64,000 nucleotides of DNA from a virus, in IMG/VR virus record IMGVR_UViG_3300009130_000014, positions 1 through 64,000 of that record, one strand, 5' to 3'. A program made the position numbers and the translations under genes. The notes under the pieces were generated by a model, which saw only the letters and a list, made by a program, of their open reading frames with translations, was not told the origin of the DNA and searched no databases. This document shows positions 15,729 through 26,631 of this stretch, one piece after another. Within the stretch, counting starts at the first letter, position 1, and every line of letters begins with the position of its first letter.

Positions 15729-16847
15729 ATGAATAACGGGGAAGAACAACAAATTATTGATATCTGGGACTTGGATACTTCTAAGTACAGAGAAGAAACT
15801 GCTTCAGACGAAGAACATGTCGAAGAGGTAGTTGTAGAAGTAGAGGCTGATGGAGCTGATAAGGTAGATCAAACTCCTGAAGAACCGAAACAAGGGGAAG
15901 AGCCTGAACAAAAAGTCGATGAGAAACAGGACGAGGAAGAGGAGATAGTAGAGGAAGATGCCTCATCAGTTCAGGAATTAGAGCCTAGTGAAGAGTTATA
16001 TCAAGATTTAATGCAAGGCTTTGTAGACGACGGAGTTTTAGATTTTGGAGAGGATGAGGAGAAAGAAGTTGACTTTAACAAAAATGGACTTAAAGGGATG
16101 CTTGAAGAAACTATTCAAAAAAGAAGTAGTGAAGCAGTAGCATCTTTTAAAGAAGAATTAGGAGATAAAGGTAAGCAATTGCTTTCTGTCCTAGAAAAAG
16201 GTGGAAGTGTAGATGACTTTGTTAAAATGGAACAACAGGTAGACTTTAAAGAGATACCTTTAGTAGGAGAAAACGGGAAAGAGTTCGTTCAAAATCAAAG
16301 ATATTTAGTAGAAGATTGGATGGAAATTCAAGGATATGAGAAAGAGGAAATTCAAGAGCTCATAGGTGAATATCAGAATAATAACATGCTTAAGAAACAA
16401 GCTGAACTTGCTCAGAAAAAATTGGCGAAATGGCAGTCGGATAAAAATCAAGCTTTAATGGAGCAAAAAGAATCTGAAAAAGCAGAGCAAGCAAAGGCCG
16501 AAGCTGAGCAAGCCGAAGCTTTCCGTGATCAAGTGATTAATACACGCGAAATTGCAGGATTTAATATACCTGAAAAGAAAGCTAAAAAGTTATATGATTT
16601 TATAACTAAAACTGATAAAGAAGGAAAGTCTGAATTTGCTAAAGCGGATACAGCAGAAAATAGACTTTTATACGCATATTTTGCTATGGAAGGATTTAAT
16701 AAAGATGCTTTAAGTAAAGAGATTGCGAGTAAGCAAGCTCGTAAGCTTAAAAGAACACTATCTCGTCAAAAAGATAGTAAAGTAGAACAAAAAGGTAAAC
16801 AAATAAGAAACACCGGTGGATCTCCTAAGATTCATTGGGAAATTTAA
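15729..16847 (+). CDS. putative capsid scaffolding protein
   Basis: Highly acidic N-terminus and coiled coil, directly upstream of the MCP. Confidence 0.75.
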   Translation: MNNGEEQQIIDIWDLDTSKYREETASDEEHVEEVVVEVEADGADKVDQTPEEPKQGEEPEQKVDEKQDEEEEIVEEDASSVQELEPSEELYQDLMQGFVDDGVLDFGEDEEKEVDFNKNGLKGMLEETIQKRSSEAVASFKEELGDKGKQLLSVLEKGGSVDDFVKMEQQVDFKEIPLVGENGKEFVQNQRYLVEDWMEIQGYEKEEIQELIGEYQNNNMLKKQAELAQKKLAKWQSDKNQALMEQKESEKAEQAKAEAEQAEAFRDQVINTREIAGFNIPEKKAKKLYDFITKTDKEGKSEFAKADTAENRLLYAYFAMEGFNKDALSKEIASKQARKLKRTLSRQKDSKVEQKGKQIRNTGGSPKIHWEI

Positions 16848-16865
16848 TTTTAATAAATAATAATT

Positions 16866-18332
16866 ATGGCAAGTACTACAAGAGTATCACCGTTACAAGT
16901 ATATCCTACTAGGGATTTTAACGGGTTGATAGAATCCAATCACTTGAGTAACGCATACCTAACAGAGCCGGAAAAAGTGGGTTCTGTCTTAGCATATGCT
17001 TTTGGTATTCAAGAGAACAACGTTCTATCAATGTTAACAGGAGGTATTGGAAATACCTTATATGTTACAAACAGAGAATATGAATGGGATTTACATTCAC
17101 AATCAGAAAGAGCTATCGAGGTTCAAACTGATTCTACAGGAGGTAATCCTACTCCAGGTTATAGTAACCAACCTTTCCAGTTAATCTTAGCAGAAAAATG
17201 GTTCGAGTCTTCAGATAACTTAGTTGCAGATGATGCAATAACTCAAGTTCACGTTATCGGAGAGCCTTATCAGTCAGGTTCAGGATGGGTTTATACAGTT
17301 CAGTTAACAGATCCTTCTCATGAAGCTTTCGTCAACCCTGAGTTTTTAAAGCCTGGAGCTAGATGGTCTAAAGAATGGAGTTCTGTGGAAGAATACTCTG
17401 TTAAAGGTGGAGGACACGGTTATGCAACTCCTTATAAATTACGTAATCAATTAACTACTTTACGTAAAACTTATAAAGTTACTAGAGATGCAGCAATGCA
17501 AGTTATGGTAATTGAGTTATATGATCCAGCAGATCCTTCTAAGAAAACTAAATTATGGACTAAGCTAGCAGAGTGGACTGCTATGGCTAAATGGTATAGA
17601 GAGATTGATAGATCTTTCATCTACTCAAAGTATAATAAAAATAGTTCTGGACAAGTTACTCTTCAAGGAGAAAACAAAAGACCTATTTATCACGGGGCAG
17701 GTTTCAGAGAGCAAATTTCTCCTGCAAACAAACGTTATTACACTAAACTATCATATGAGATCTTAGATGAACTTTTATTAGATTTATCATATGCAGCTTC
17801 TAAATGGGGCGGAGATCATAAATTTGTAGCATTAACCGGTAAAATGGGTATGCGTGAATTTGATCGTGCAATGAAAGAATATAATAAAGGTAATAATATC
17901 ACTATTGACGATCATGGAACATTTATTACAGGGAAAGGTTCTGAGTTAGTAGTAGATGGTTACTTTAAGACAGTGAAGTTTATGAACGGGATTGAATTAA
18001 CTGTTAAAGAGTTTGAGCCTTATGATGATATTGTAAGAAACAGAGCTAAGCATCCTATTACAGGTAAACCTTTAGAATCTTATAGATTCACTATCTTAAA
18101 CTTCGGTAGAAAGAATGGTAAATCAAATATTCGTAAGGTAGCTATGAAAGATTCTGATATGGCTATGTGGCATGTTAATGGATCTACAGATCCTTACGGA
18201 GGAGTAGCTAAGAGTATTAGTACACAAAGATCTACAGGTATTGACGGATATGAAGTTCACTTCCTATCTCAATGTGGAATTATGGTTGAAGATCCAACTA
18301 GCTGCGGAGAGTTAATACTTCGAGTATGTTAA
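16866..18332 (+). CDS. major capsid protein (crAss-type HK97 fold)
   Basis: 488 aa; SNHL..AY..EPE, KLRNQLTTLRK, GAGFREQI, TGKMGMREF, HPITGKPLESYR. Confidence 0.95.
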   Translation: MASTTRVSPLQVYPTRDFNGLIESNHLSNAYLTEPEKVGSVLAYAFGIQENNVLSMLTGGIGNTLYVTNREYEWDLHSQSERAIEVQTDSTGGNPTPGYSNQPFQLILAEKWFESSDNLVADDAITQVHVIGEPYQSGSGWVYTVQLTDPSHEAFVNPEFLKPGARWSKEWSSVEEYSVKGGGHGYATPYKLRNQLTTLRKTYKVTRDAAMQVMVIELYDPADPSKKTKLWTKLAEWTAMAKWYREIDRSFIYSKYNKNSSGQVTLQGENKRPIYHGAGFREQISPANKRYYTKLSYEILDELLLDLSYAASKWGGDHKFVALTGKMGMREFDRAMKEYNKGNNITIDDHGTFITGKGSELVVDGYFKTVKFMNGIELTVKEFEPYDDIVRNRAKHPITGKPLESYRFTILNFGRKNGKSNIRKVAMKDSDMAMWHVNGSTDPYGGVAKSISTQRSTGIDGYEVHFLSQCGIMVEDPTSCGELILRVC

Positions 18333-18343
18333 AATAATTCATT

Positions 18344-18375
18344 AATAGGTAGGTCTTAGGACCTGCCTATTTTTT
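18344..18375 (+). terminator. intrinsic terminator after the MCP gene
   Basis: AATAGGTAGGTC-TTAG-GACCTGCCTATT followed by a T run. Confidence 0.85.
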
Positions 18376-18413
18376 AATTATATTCACAAAAAAAATAAAA
18401 AATATTACTAATA

Positions 18414-19226
18414 ATGGGGACTACAAAAATAAAAAAATTAGAAAAAACTATTAATTGGGGAGCCAAGAATAGAGAAGGAAAGTTAATGACTTTCTACGAT
18501 AACTGTGAAGATAAAATAGTTCCAGGTCTTGATAAGAAAACTGGAATTTTAAAAACAGGACTTACTCAAAAAGAAGAAACAGCTTTAGAAACGAAGTTAG
18601 GAATGGAAAAAGGAACTCTTTCTAAATCTAGTGAATATTGGAATAGATTCTATATCAGTATTCCACAAGATGGGAGAACTTTTAATACAGAAAATCCTAA
18701 TGATGAATTAATGATAGCAGTGTTGAATGCCGATCCTACAGTGGCTAAGTCATTAGAAGAGGTGAGAACAAATCCTATAGCGGAATATGTTATGACTTCT
18801 GATTCGGCAGAAGCTAAAGCTAAGAATAATAAAAGGAATACTATCGCTAAAGCATACGCTACTTTTGCTAAATTATCTCAGGCAGATACTGTTGATGCTT
18901 TATTTATTTTAGGAAAAGATCCTAGCGATCTAGACTTTGAAGTAGCACAAGATAGGTTAGGAGAATTTGTAGAATCTAAACCTGCTAAATTCTTAGAAGT
19001 AGTCGGGGATAAATTATTTAAGGATAAAGTATTTTTCATTAAATTAATTAAAGCCGGTATAGTAAAGAAACATGGTACAGGTACGGGTACAAATATGCCT
19101 TTATATTATGAAGATATAATGTTAGGTTCTAATTTAGAAGAAGCTATTGCATTTATTAAAGCTAAGGAAAATCAACAAATTGCTTTAGCTATAAAAGGTG
19201 CATATAAAATAGAAGCAAGTAAATAA
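18414..19226 (+). CDS. conserved crAss capsid-module protein downstream of the MCP
   Basis: TGLTQKEE..LE..LG...GTL...SEYW motif; synteny. Confidence 0.75.
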   Translation: MGTTKIKKLEKTINWGAKNREGKLMTFYDNCEDKIVPGLDKKTGILKTGLTQKEETALETKLGMEKGTLSKSSEYWNRFYISIPQDGRTFNTENPNDELMIAVLNADPTVAKSLEEVRTNPIAEYVMTSDSAEAKAKNNKRNTIAKAYATFAKLSQADTVDALFILGKDPSDLDFEVAQDRLGEFVESKPAKFLEVVGDKLFKDKVFFIKLIKAGIVKKHGTGTGTNMPLYYEDIMLGSNLEEAIAFIKAKENQQIALAIKGAYKIEASK

Positions 19227-19939
19227 TGACTATAGAACAATTCCATATTGAATTTAAAGTCTTTTTTGATAAAACAGACAGTTCTGCTTATCCTGAGTTT
19301 TTAGATGGTGAAATAGATATCTACTTAAATGAGGCTCAGGATAGGTTAGTCAAAAGAAGATATGGGAAAAATAATATATACAGGGCAGGTTTTGAGGAAA
19401 TGCAAAAAAGAACAGAAGATCTTAAAAACTTAGTAGTAACTAGGTTTGCTTCTGTCTCTGCTGATAATATATATTCTTTGAGTGGTCAAAACATATATAG
19501 AGCTAACTTACAGGATCTAACAGACGGTGAGAATCCTGTAACAGATGAATATCAGTTTTATTTAAAATCTATGGCTCAAGTATGTAAATCAGAATGTTGT
19601 AATTGGAGCGGAGTAAAGCTTGTGCAACATGATGATGTTTTAACTGTAGCAAAAGATCCTTTTAATAGACCCAGACAAGGTAGACCTTTGATTTTCTTTG
19701 AAGACGGAGATATCTTTGTATGGACAGCCGAAGGATTTAGTGTAGATAATTTTCAAGTAACTTTCTTAAGAAAGGCTCTTCCTGTTAATTTAGGGACTTA
19801 TGGAGCAACAAAACAAGAATGCGAGCTTAGTGAACACCTACATAAAGAAATACTTCAAGAAGCTATTCAGATAGCTATTGAAAACATTCAGTCACCTAGA
19901 GTTCAGACTCAAAGACTGAATACACAAACAATGGAATAA
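19226..19939 (+). CDS. head-tail ring/adaptor protein
   Basis: MT...FH.EF...DK..S...PEF...EID.YLN.AQ...CELSEHLHKEI pattern; synteny. Confidence 0.8.
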   Translation: MTIEQFHIEFKVFFDKTDSSAYPEFLDGEIDIYLNEAQDRLVKRRYGKNNIYRAGFEEMQKRTEDLKNLVVTRFASVSADNIYSLSGQNIYRANLQDLTDGENPVTDEYQFYLKSMAQVCKSECCNWSGVKLVQHDDVLTVAKDPFNRPRQGRPLIFFEDGDIFVWTAEGFSVDNFQVTFLRKALPVNLGTYGATKQECELSEHLHKEILQEAIQIAIENIQSPRVQTQRLNTQTME

Positions 19940-19968
19940 TTAATGTTTAATGTAATAAATAGAGAGAA

Positions 19969-21225
19969 ATGTCTAATTACAACAATGTAAACCGAGTTTT
20001 AGTCGGTGATGGAGCGAATAGCGGAACGATCACATCGTTACCTACTATTCAAAAAGGTGATTTAATCCTTTTAGATGAAAAAGGAAATGTAATAAGTACT
20101 AATACGGCTGCTGCAGCTTTACCTAAATTTGAAAAAGTAAAAATTGCAGTAGGTATTGGCCCAGGAAAAGCAATCTTGTCTTCCCCAATTCAAGGTAATA
20201 CTGTATCTGCATATGAGGGGTCGGGATTCCGTGCCCCTGCAGAACAGGTTTCTTTTTTAGGGTTTAACGGTACAGCAGGTACTGGACTAGTAGTCTCAGC
20301 TACTAATGAATATCGTTTAAGAATCGAAATCTTAGATGACCACAGATTTAATGGTCAAAGACAGACATTCTCGGACTTTCATTATTCGGCAGGAGATAGT
20401 GCTACTGCAGGAGATGCGGTTACTAATATCGTATGCATGTATGATCAAAAGGATTATGTAGACGCTTACATGCAAGATAAAGTTAAATTAGAAATCTTAA
20501 CTGACGGTACTTTATCAGCATTTGCCGAAGATGCAACAGTAGTTACAGGTAACCCTGTAGTTAGTTTTGCAGGTAATGTTACTGTAGCTTCTAATAGCTG
20601 GGTAAGAATCCAAGGTGTTGATTACCAAGTTAAAAAAGGTGTATCGGGAGGAACTAGTATCACATTATTTAATACTTATAAAGGTGTTAGTGAAACTATC
20701 GCTTCTGGAGGTACTGCAGGTACATTAAGTACTCCTACAGAATTTGGATTTAAAATGACTGCTATTCCTCAAGATGCTTTATTAAGCAGAAATGCTAATG
20801 AGCCTTGGGATCAGTATGAATGGGTTGTATTTAAAGCATACTTTAGTGAGTCAGACGATAGATCTTTTGATTCTATGGCTGTCTACACAGAAGATACAAA
20901 GGTTGATCCAGGTAATGGATTCTGGAAACAAGTAGCTGAAAGAGAAGAAGAAGCTAAAGGTTATTTAGGAGATACTTCGAAAAGACGATTCCATGATACA
21001 AGAATTGATTCAAATGTTGTAGCAGGAACTTCTTATGATTCTATTGTGATCACACATGCTGATGTACATAGAGGAGATTTCCAAGGTCTTTATAATGCTC
21101 CTTTACAAACTGAGATTTATATCCCGGATGGAGCAGATCAAGGATTAGGGACAGGAAATAATTTTGTACATATCTTAAACGGATTCTTCGGTACTAAATT
21201 AGGTTTCTCTACTATTTCGCTATAG
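19969..21225 (+). CDS. auxiliary capsid / structural protein
   Basis: 418 aa, beta-rich, PGNGFWKQVAERE motif; position in the crAss capsid module. Confidence 0.7.
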   Translation: MSNYNNVNRVLVGDGANSGTITSLPTIQKGDLILLDEKGNVISTNTAAAALPKFEKVKIAVGIGPGKAILSSPIQGNTVSAYEGSGFRAPAEQVSFLGFNGTAGTGLVVSATNEYRLRIEILDDHRFNGQRQTFSDFHYSAGDSATAGDAVTNIVCMYDQKDYVDAYMQDKVKLEILTDGTLSAFAEDATVVTGNPVVSFAGNVTVASNSWVRIQGVDYQVKKGVSGGTSITLFNTYKGVSETIASGGTAGTLSTPTEFGFKMTAIPQDALLSRNANEPWDQYEWVVFKAYFSESDDRSFDSMAVYTEDTKVDPGNGFWKQVAEREEEAKGYLGDTSKRRFHDTRIDSNVVAGTSYDSIVITHADVHRGDFQGLYNAPLQTEIYIPDGADQGLGTGNNFVHILNGFFGTKLGFSTISL

Positions 21226-21252
21226 TATAAGATCAATAATTTTTTAAACAAC

Positions 21253-21284
21253 AAAGGAGGTTGCATTTTGCGCCTCCTTTTTTT
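21253..21284 (+). terminator. intrinsic terminator
   Basis: AAAGGAGG...CCTCCTTT plus a T tract after 19969..21225. Confidence 0.8.
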
Positions 21285-21296
21285 ATATTTAATACT

Positions 21297-21506
21297 ATGA
21301 ATACTGACCAATACTTATCTATATACACAGGCTGGGAACTAAAAGGTAATAACAGAAAAAGATTTGAATATGACAGTAATAAAAATATCACTCATATTTA
21401 CTTAGAAGAATTGCAAAAAGACGGGACCTGGAAAGTTGTAAGACAACAAGAATTAATTTATGATTCTAATTCTTGTTTATTAACCATTACATGTAAAACA
21501 TTATAA
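21297..21506 (+). CDS. small hypothetical structural protein, 69 aa
   Basis: Track ORF 21261..21506 restarted at ATG 21297 (the upstream part is the terminator). Confidence 0.65.
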   Translation: MNTDQYLSIYTGWELKGNNRKRFEYDSNKNITHIYLEELQKDGTWKVVRQQELIYDSNSCLLTITCKTL

Positions 21507-21507
21507 T

Positions 21508-22122
21508 ATGGGGAATTACATATACAATCCGCTACGATCATCTAATTTAGACTATGCTCAAAAAGAATTAGAATATAAAGAAATAGGTAGAAACCTTATT
21601 GGATGGCAGGATTTTGCAGATTCTAATACAAGTGAAGCAAGTCCTTTAATTCAACCCAACATTAATGGAGGAGAGGTGCAGTTAACTAATAACAATAATG
21701 ACACCTTAACTGATGGTAACACTAATGTTAATTCTGAGACTACAGTTGCAGGACTTAATGATACGTGGGACACTACCACAAATACTTTTATCTTTAAAGA
21801 CACAGGCTTAGAAAAGAATGACAGATTTGTAATAAGGTTTAACTTAAATATTAGTGCTGACATTATAAGTCAAGATTTTAAAATAAGAATTGATTTTTTC
21901 GATCAACCAGGAGGACTAGGCAATAACGTTTTTTCATTAACTAAAAAAATAGGTAGTATAACCAAAAGTGCTGGGGTATTTGAAGAGGATAATCCTGAAG
22001 TAAGAGGGTTTATAGGAGAATCTATACTTAACGGAAGTGCCAAAGCTTATGTTTATGGTACTAAGTCTTTTAAAGTTGAAAACATAGGTCATAATATTGA
22101 ATTTTTTAAAATAGCTAGATAA
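21508..22122 (+). CDS. putative fibre-associated structural protein
   Basis: Beta-rich, 204 aa, coupled by TAATG to the large fibre gene. Confidence 0.65.
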   Translation: MGNYIYNPLRSSNLDYAQKELEYKEIGRNLIGWQDFADSNTSEASPLIQPNINGGEVQLTNNNNDTLTDGNTNVNSETTVAGLNDTWDTTTNTFIFKDTGLEKNDRFVIRFNLNISADIISQDFKIRIDFFDQPGGLGNNVFSLTKKIGSITKSAGVFEEDNPEVRGFIGESILNGSAKAYVYGTKSFKVENIGHNIEFFKIAR

Positions 22123-25100
22123 TGTCAAACAAGATAAGAATAATAAAAGATGTTGCAGGAACTACAGCAAAAGTAGAAGGAATAGATGTAAAGCCTTTAC
22201 CGTTAAACTCTTATTTATGTAGTGTTACTGCAGGTAACGGGGGTATAACTATCTTCAATCCAGAATCTTTAAATGACACAGGTAGTCCTACAAAAGTATT
22301 TAGTAACGTACCTTATACGGAATTTGTTAAGGCAGATGGCTCTGTGCCTACTTCAGCAAATGACTTAAAGGCTGATATAGATGCTCAGTTAGAACAATCT
22401 GCACCGACAGATGTTAACGTAGGGTACAAAAGTGTATATCATGCAAACACTAATGTCCCTGACATTATCGCAGATATAAATGACTACAAAAACGGTGATT
22501 GGTTTTTTGTAGAAACAACTACAGACGACTTTACAGTGGATTTAGGGACAGGTAATGTGACGGTTAAAACTAATGACCAAGTAAAGTTAAGCGTTATACT
22601 TGATAGTGGTGGTGTTGAAACTAATAGATATTGGACAGTCTTAAAGGACAACTCTGCTAAAGTAGAAGATATTACAAATAGTACGTTAGATAGGTTTGAT
22701 ATACATGTTGATGGAGACTATACAGGCTCTATACAAACAGGTTCAAGTATGCAACCGTTTAGTAGTATATCAGCTGCATTAGCAGCTTCTAGCCCTAACG
22801 ACTCTATATTACTTAAAGGTGACTTAAGGGAGCCTAACACTACTAGCGACTTATATACACTACCTCACAGTTTAAATATATATGCAACTGAAGATTGTAT
22901 AACAGGTTACAACTCTTATAGCCCAACTAACGGTAATGCATGGAAATGGGAAGGTACTGACTATACTGCAGAGTTTAAGTTTTATGATGTAAAAGTTAGA
23001 AATGCAGGTAAGTACGGGATACACTTAATCAAAGGTGCTAAATGGGAAGGTAGAAGGTTAGATGTTCAATTCTGTGGATGGGACGGAAACTTGAGTGTAT
23101 TTAACCCATACGTGCCTACTACTATCTCTGGTGCCACATACGGTTCAGATTCTACTGACCTTACTGGATTTTACCCTAGTGTTCATACTTCTAATGGTGG
23201 TGCTATTAGAATAGAAGAATTTACAAGAGTGCTAGATGTTGCACATACAATTACAAACAACCTTAGAGCATTAAGGCTTCAAGACTGTGGTGTAGGAGGT
23301 AACGGCTTCCAAACTCGTAATAGAATATACGGTAACATTGAAAGTGGTTTATACTATGCATTAGGTACAACTTTTTATGGATGTCAAAATATGACTTCTA
23401 TGAAGAACTATATAGCTTACAATGCCAATAATGGTGGATTAGTAGTTGGTGGTATTAATAACAAATTCGGAGCAAACGAAATACATTCTAACTGGAATGC
23501 TGGTGTGTGTAACTTTGCAGGTGCTAATGTTACTGTTAGAGATGCAGGTATTTACAATAATAACAGAAGTGCTAAGAATGGTATCGGTAATAATGGTGAT
23601 GCTATGGCCAGCATTCAATATAATGATGCCTATAGCTATCTGGCTACTACGTTTAGTGTTAATCCAGATAGAAGATTTTTAATGTCTGTAACTAACACAC
23701 AAATACATAATACAGGACTTGGTAAAAACACAGAAACAACTGGTGTATTCTTTGATGTAGAATTAAGTAATTTACCTGCATCGGATAAAAACATTATTTC
23801 TATAGATAATGTTGAGTTTATAGGACAAGATGTTGCTATAGACATGAGTGCGATAGACACTACTAACTTGACTATTGTAAAAGGGGATAATTCATACATA
23901 AATGTTAAGAATAAAGTTAAAGAACCTTTAGAGGGTTATTATTATGAATTACCTTTCAGTAATCATGTAACAAGTTTAGAGGAGGCAGATTTTTCAGTAA
24001 CAAGCACTGGAAATATTATCATTAAAGATGGTGTGGGTGGCACCCCTTTAAACCCTTACTTTGTAAATGAATTACAAGCAATAGCTAAAGGTTCGGATGT
24101 AGCTATTATTCTCAAAGGAACTAAAAAAATACAGTTTACAGTACCTGTTTCAGGATGCTCTATTGTAGATTCAGGAGGGGTATCCCACATGGTTAATTCT
24201 GTATTATCCTTAGCATTAGTACAATTAAATGATTTATTTACTAATACAGTAGGTTTTTCTAGTAGTGGTAATCCTGTTACAGATTTTGATCTAAGTGGAA
24301 ATGACCTGACAATTACTTTACAAGATGGAACAAGTTACACTGCTGATGTTACAACTTTAGGAGTAGATGAGAATAAGTTTGTAGAAGACTTTGAATTAGT
24401 TGGCAGTAACTTAGTGTTGACTATGAATGACGGTGTTACAACACATACTGTTAGTGTATTGAATATGATTAATGGTTCTGCTCTACCTGCTAGATCTAAT
24501 GACTGGTTCATAGCTTATGGTAATAACGCAGGAGACGAAATAGAAGCAGCTAGTATTGTAGCAAGTTATGAAAATCAACAACCTTTTTATAATGGTGACT
24601 TCCTAGAAAAAGGTGAAGAGTATGTTTGGACTCATGATAATAATGGTACATATATTTTAGGTGTTTATAGTGGAGCAGAAGAAACAAGTGACGAATTAGA
24701 AATTACCTATAATGCTAAATGGTCTCAAAACTTTAAGTTCTCTAGACCTGAAGGTGTTGTTAGAGAAACATCTGTGGGTGTTGATGTAGCAAGTAGATAC
24801 GGTTCGGGATATGCTATTACAAATAATACTGTATTTGCTTTAGCTTATGATTCTGACAATTACTTAAAACTATATGATATATCAGGTGATTCTAGAGTTC
24901 TTATAGGTCAATCAAACGTAGCTTTAGTTGGCGATTCAGTTACTATATCTATGGGAGGTGAAAATCAACCAAATGCTAAGTTTCCTATAATGGTTAAGAG
25001 ATATGCTGAATGGACTTTAGCACATGATTTTGATAATTCAGAGACAAGTATTATAGATGGATTAGAAGAGGATTCTGTAATTAAATCTAACATATCTATT

Positions 25101-26579
25101 GAAGCAGGAGAGAAGTTCATGGTTAACTTTAACTTTCAAGGTAGGGGGTCAAGATTTGGTATTGGATATAATAGTACATCCAGTGGAGTTACAAATGCTC
25201 ATTATGATATAGATTTCAATATTATATACAGTACTGCTGAACAGTTTACTGCTAATGATCCTAATACTGAATGGACATTTAATCCTAATAACACCTACTA
25301 CCAATCAAGCCTTAGTGGATGGTGGTGGAGAGGTGGCGGAAACGCTGGAATGATCTCTTTAAGATACAATTCTGATAATTCATTAGAGTTGTGGTCAGAA
25401 GATGATTCAGAATTAATTGCCACTAAAGACGTTGATTTAGATGGTGGTCCTATTCATTTCTACTTTGGAGTAAATGAAAATACAACACCTGAATACATAC
25501 CTAGTATCTCTAAACAAACTATTGGAGCAGGTTCACAACCTATAACTAATTTTGCTCCCGACATTAGTAATCAATCTTTTGATATAACAGAGGGAACAGC
25601 TTTTAATGTTCAAATAGCTTTAGATGCTAATAGTGACATTGTTAATCAATATGGTGAAGAGGATGCACCTAGTTGGGCGGTATTGAATCAAGCTACAGGT
25701 GTATTTAATGGTACAGCACCTTCTTATAATGGTTCTAATGATTCTTACGTGATTAACTGCAAAGCCGCTAATGCTATAGGTGGTATAACAAATTTTCAAA
25801 TTACTTTAAATGTTCAAGAGGTTGTTTATACTAATACTAAATCTTTGTTTTTTGAAGATGGTGTAAGTAGCTACTTAGGAGGTAATGCTGCATTAATTAC
25901 TTCTTTAGAAAGGTCGGGCAATGGTAGTGGAAGTGCAGATGCATATAGCATTAGTTTATGGTGGAAAGGATCTACAGCTAATAGTGGGCAAACAGTAGTC
26001 TACTTTGGTAATAATGATGTTGTTAATAATGGCTATATTGAACTTAGACAAACTAATCATAATGGCTTAAAGCGTTTAAGACTGAGGGTAGGTTCTAATA
26101 ATAATTATATACAATGGACTACACCGAGCGGTTCAATAGATCCTACTAAATTTCAACATATACTTATTACAAGTAATGGAGGTCAAACTGGGGCAAGTTC
26201 AGGTTCTATGTCAACTTATTATGCTACTCACAGTATTGCGATAGATGGTGTAGTACAAACAACAAGTAACACTCATTCTAACTTTGGATATACTGGTTCT
26301 ATAGTAGGTCAAAACTTTAGGTTTGGAAGATTCTCAAGCGGAACTTACGCTAAGGATATGACTTATAACCAAATGGCTATATGGGATAGTGACCAAAGCT
26401 CTAATTTATCAGATATTTACAAAGTAGGAAATACACAGGATTTGCGTTTATTAGCTGAACCTCCTGTTAATTATTACGAGATTGAAACTAGCGTTTCAAC
26501 TATCCAAGATTTAATAGGTAATGCACATTTAGTCGGTTATAATTTTAATAGTTCTGACTTAGTAAATGATGCACCATAA
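22122..26579 (+). CDS. large fibre/spike protein: parallel beta-helix, Ig-like and LamG/ConA-like domains
   Basis: IHVDGDY...GSSMQPFSSISAAL cap, then N/G-rich repeats; DAPSWAVLNQATGVFNGTAP (Ig-like); YSISLWWK...FQHILIT...IDG...YNQMAIWD (LamG). Confidence 0.75.
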   Translation: MSNKIRIIKDVAGTTAKVEGIDVKPLPLNSYLCSVTAGNGGITIFNPESLNDTGSPTKVFSNVPYTEFVKADGSVPTSANDLKADIDAQLEQSAPTDVNVGYKSVYHANTNVPDIIADINDYKNGDWFFVETTTDDFTVDLGTGNVTVKTNDQVKLSVILDSGGVETNRYWTVLKDNSAKVEDITNSTLDRFDIHVDGDYTGSIQTGSSMQPFSSISAALAASSPNDSILLKGDLREPNTTSDLYTLPHSLNIYATEDCITGYNSYSPTNGNAWKWEGTDYTAEFKFYDVKVRNAGKYGIHLIKGAKWEGRRLDVQFCGWDGNLSVFNPYVPTTISGATYGSDSTDLTGFYPSVHTSNGGAIRIEEFTRVLDVAHTITNNLRALRLQDCGVGGNGFQTRNRIYGNIESGLYYALGTTFYGCQNMTSMKNYIAYNANNGGLVVGGINNKFGANEIHSNWNAGVCNFAGANVTVRDAGIYNNNRSAKNGIGNNGDAMASIQYNDAYSYLATTFSVNPDRRFLMSVTNTQIHNTGLGKNTETTGVFFDVELSNLPASDKNIISIDNVEFIGQDVAIDMSAIDTTNLTIVKGDNSYINVKNKVKEPLEGYYYELPFSNHVTSLEEADFSVTSTGNIIIKDGVGGTPLNPYFVNELQAIAKGSDVAIILKGTKKIQFTVPVSGCSIVDSGGVSHMVNSVLSLALVQLNDLFTNTVGFSSSGNPVTDFDLSGNDLTITLQDGTSYTADVTTLGVDENKFVEDFELVGSNLVLTMNDGVTTHTVSVLNMINGSALPARSNDWFIAYGNNAGDEIEAASIVASYENQQPFYNGDFLEKGEEYVWTHDNNGTYILGVYSGAEETSDELEITYNAKWSQNFKFSRPEGVVRETSVGVDVASRYGSGYAITNNTVFALAYDSDNYLKLYDISGDSRVLIGQSNVALVGDSVTISMGGENQPNAKFPIMVKRYAEWTLAHDFDNSETSIIDGLEEDSVIKSNISIEAGEKFMVNFNFQGRGSRFGIGYNSTSSGVTNAHYDIDFNIIYSTAEQFTANDPNTEWTFNPNNTYYQSSLSGWWWRGGGNAGMISLRYNSDNSLELWSEDDSELIATKDVDLDGGPIHFYFGVNENTTPEYIPSISKQTIGAGSQPITNFAPDISNQSFDITEGTAFNVQIALDANSDIVNQYGEEDAPSWAVLNQATGVFNGTAPSYNGSNDSYVINCKAANAIGGITNFQITLNVQEVVYTNTKSLFFEDGVSSYLGGNAALITSLERSGNGSGSADAYSISLWWKGSTANSGQTVVYFGNNDVVNNGYIELRQTNHNGLKRLRLRVGSNNNYIQWTTPSGSIDPTKFQHILITSNGGQTGASSGSMSTYYATHSIAIDGVVQTTSNTHSNFGYTGSIVGQNFRFGRFSSGTYAKDMTYNQMAIWDSDQSSNLSDIYKVGNTQDLRLLAEPPVNYYEIETSVSTIQDLIGNAHLVGYNFNSSDLVNDAP

Positions 26580-26631
26580 AGTAATTAAGGATAGCGTTTG
26601 AATAATAAAATATAATTAACTAATTTTAATA

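Noticed and set aside
10585-18332. Introns or inteins in terminase, portal or MCP
   Set aside because: Uninterrupted ORFs of ordinary size with no intein or homing-endonuclease motifs
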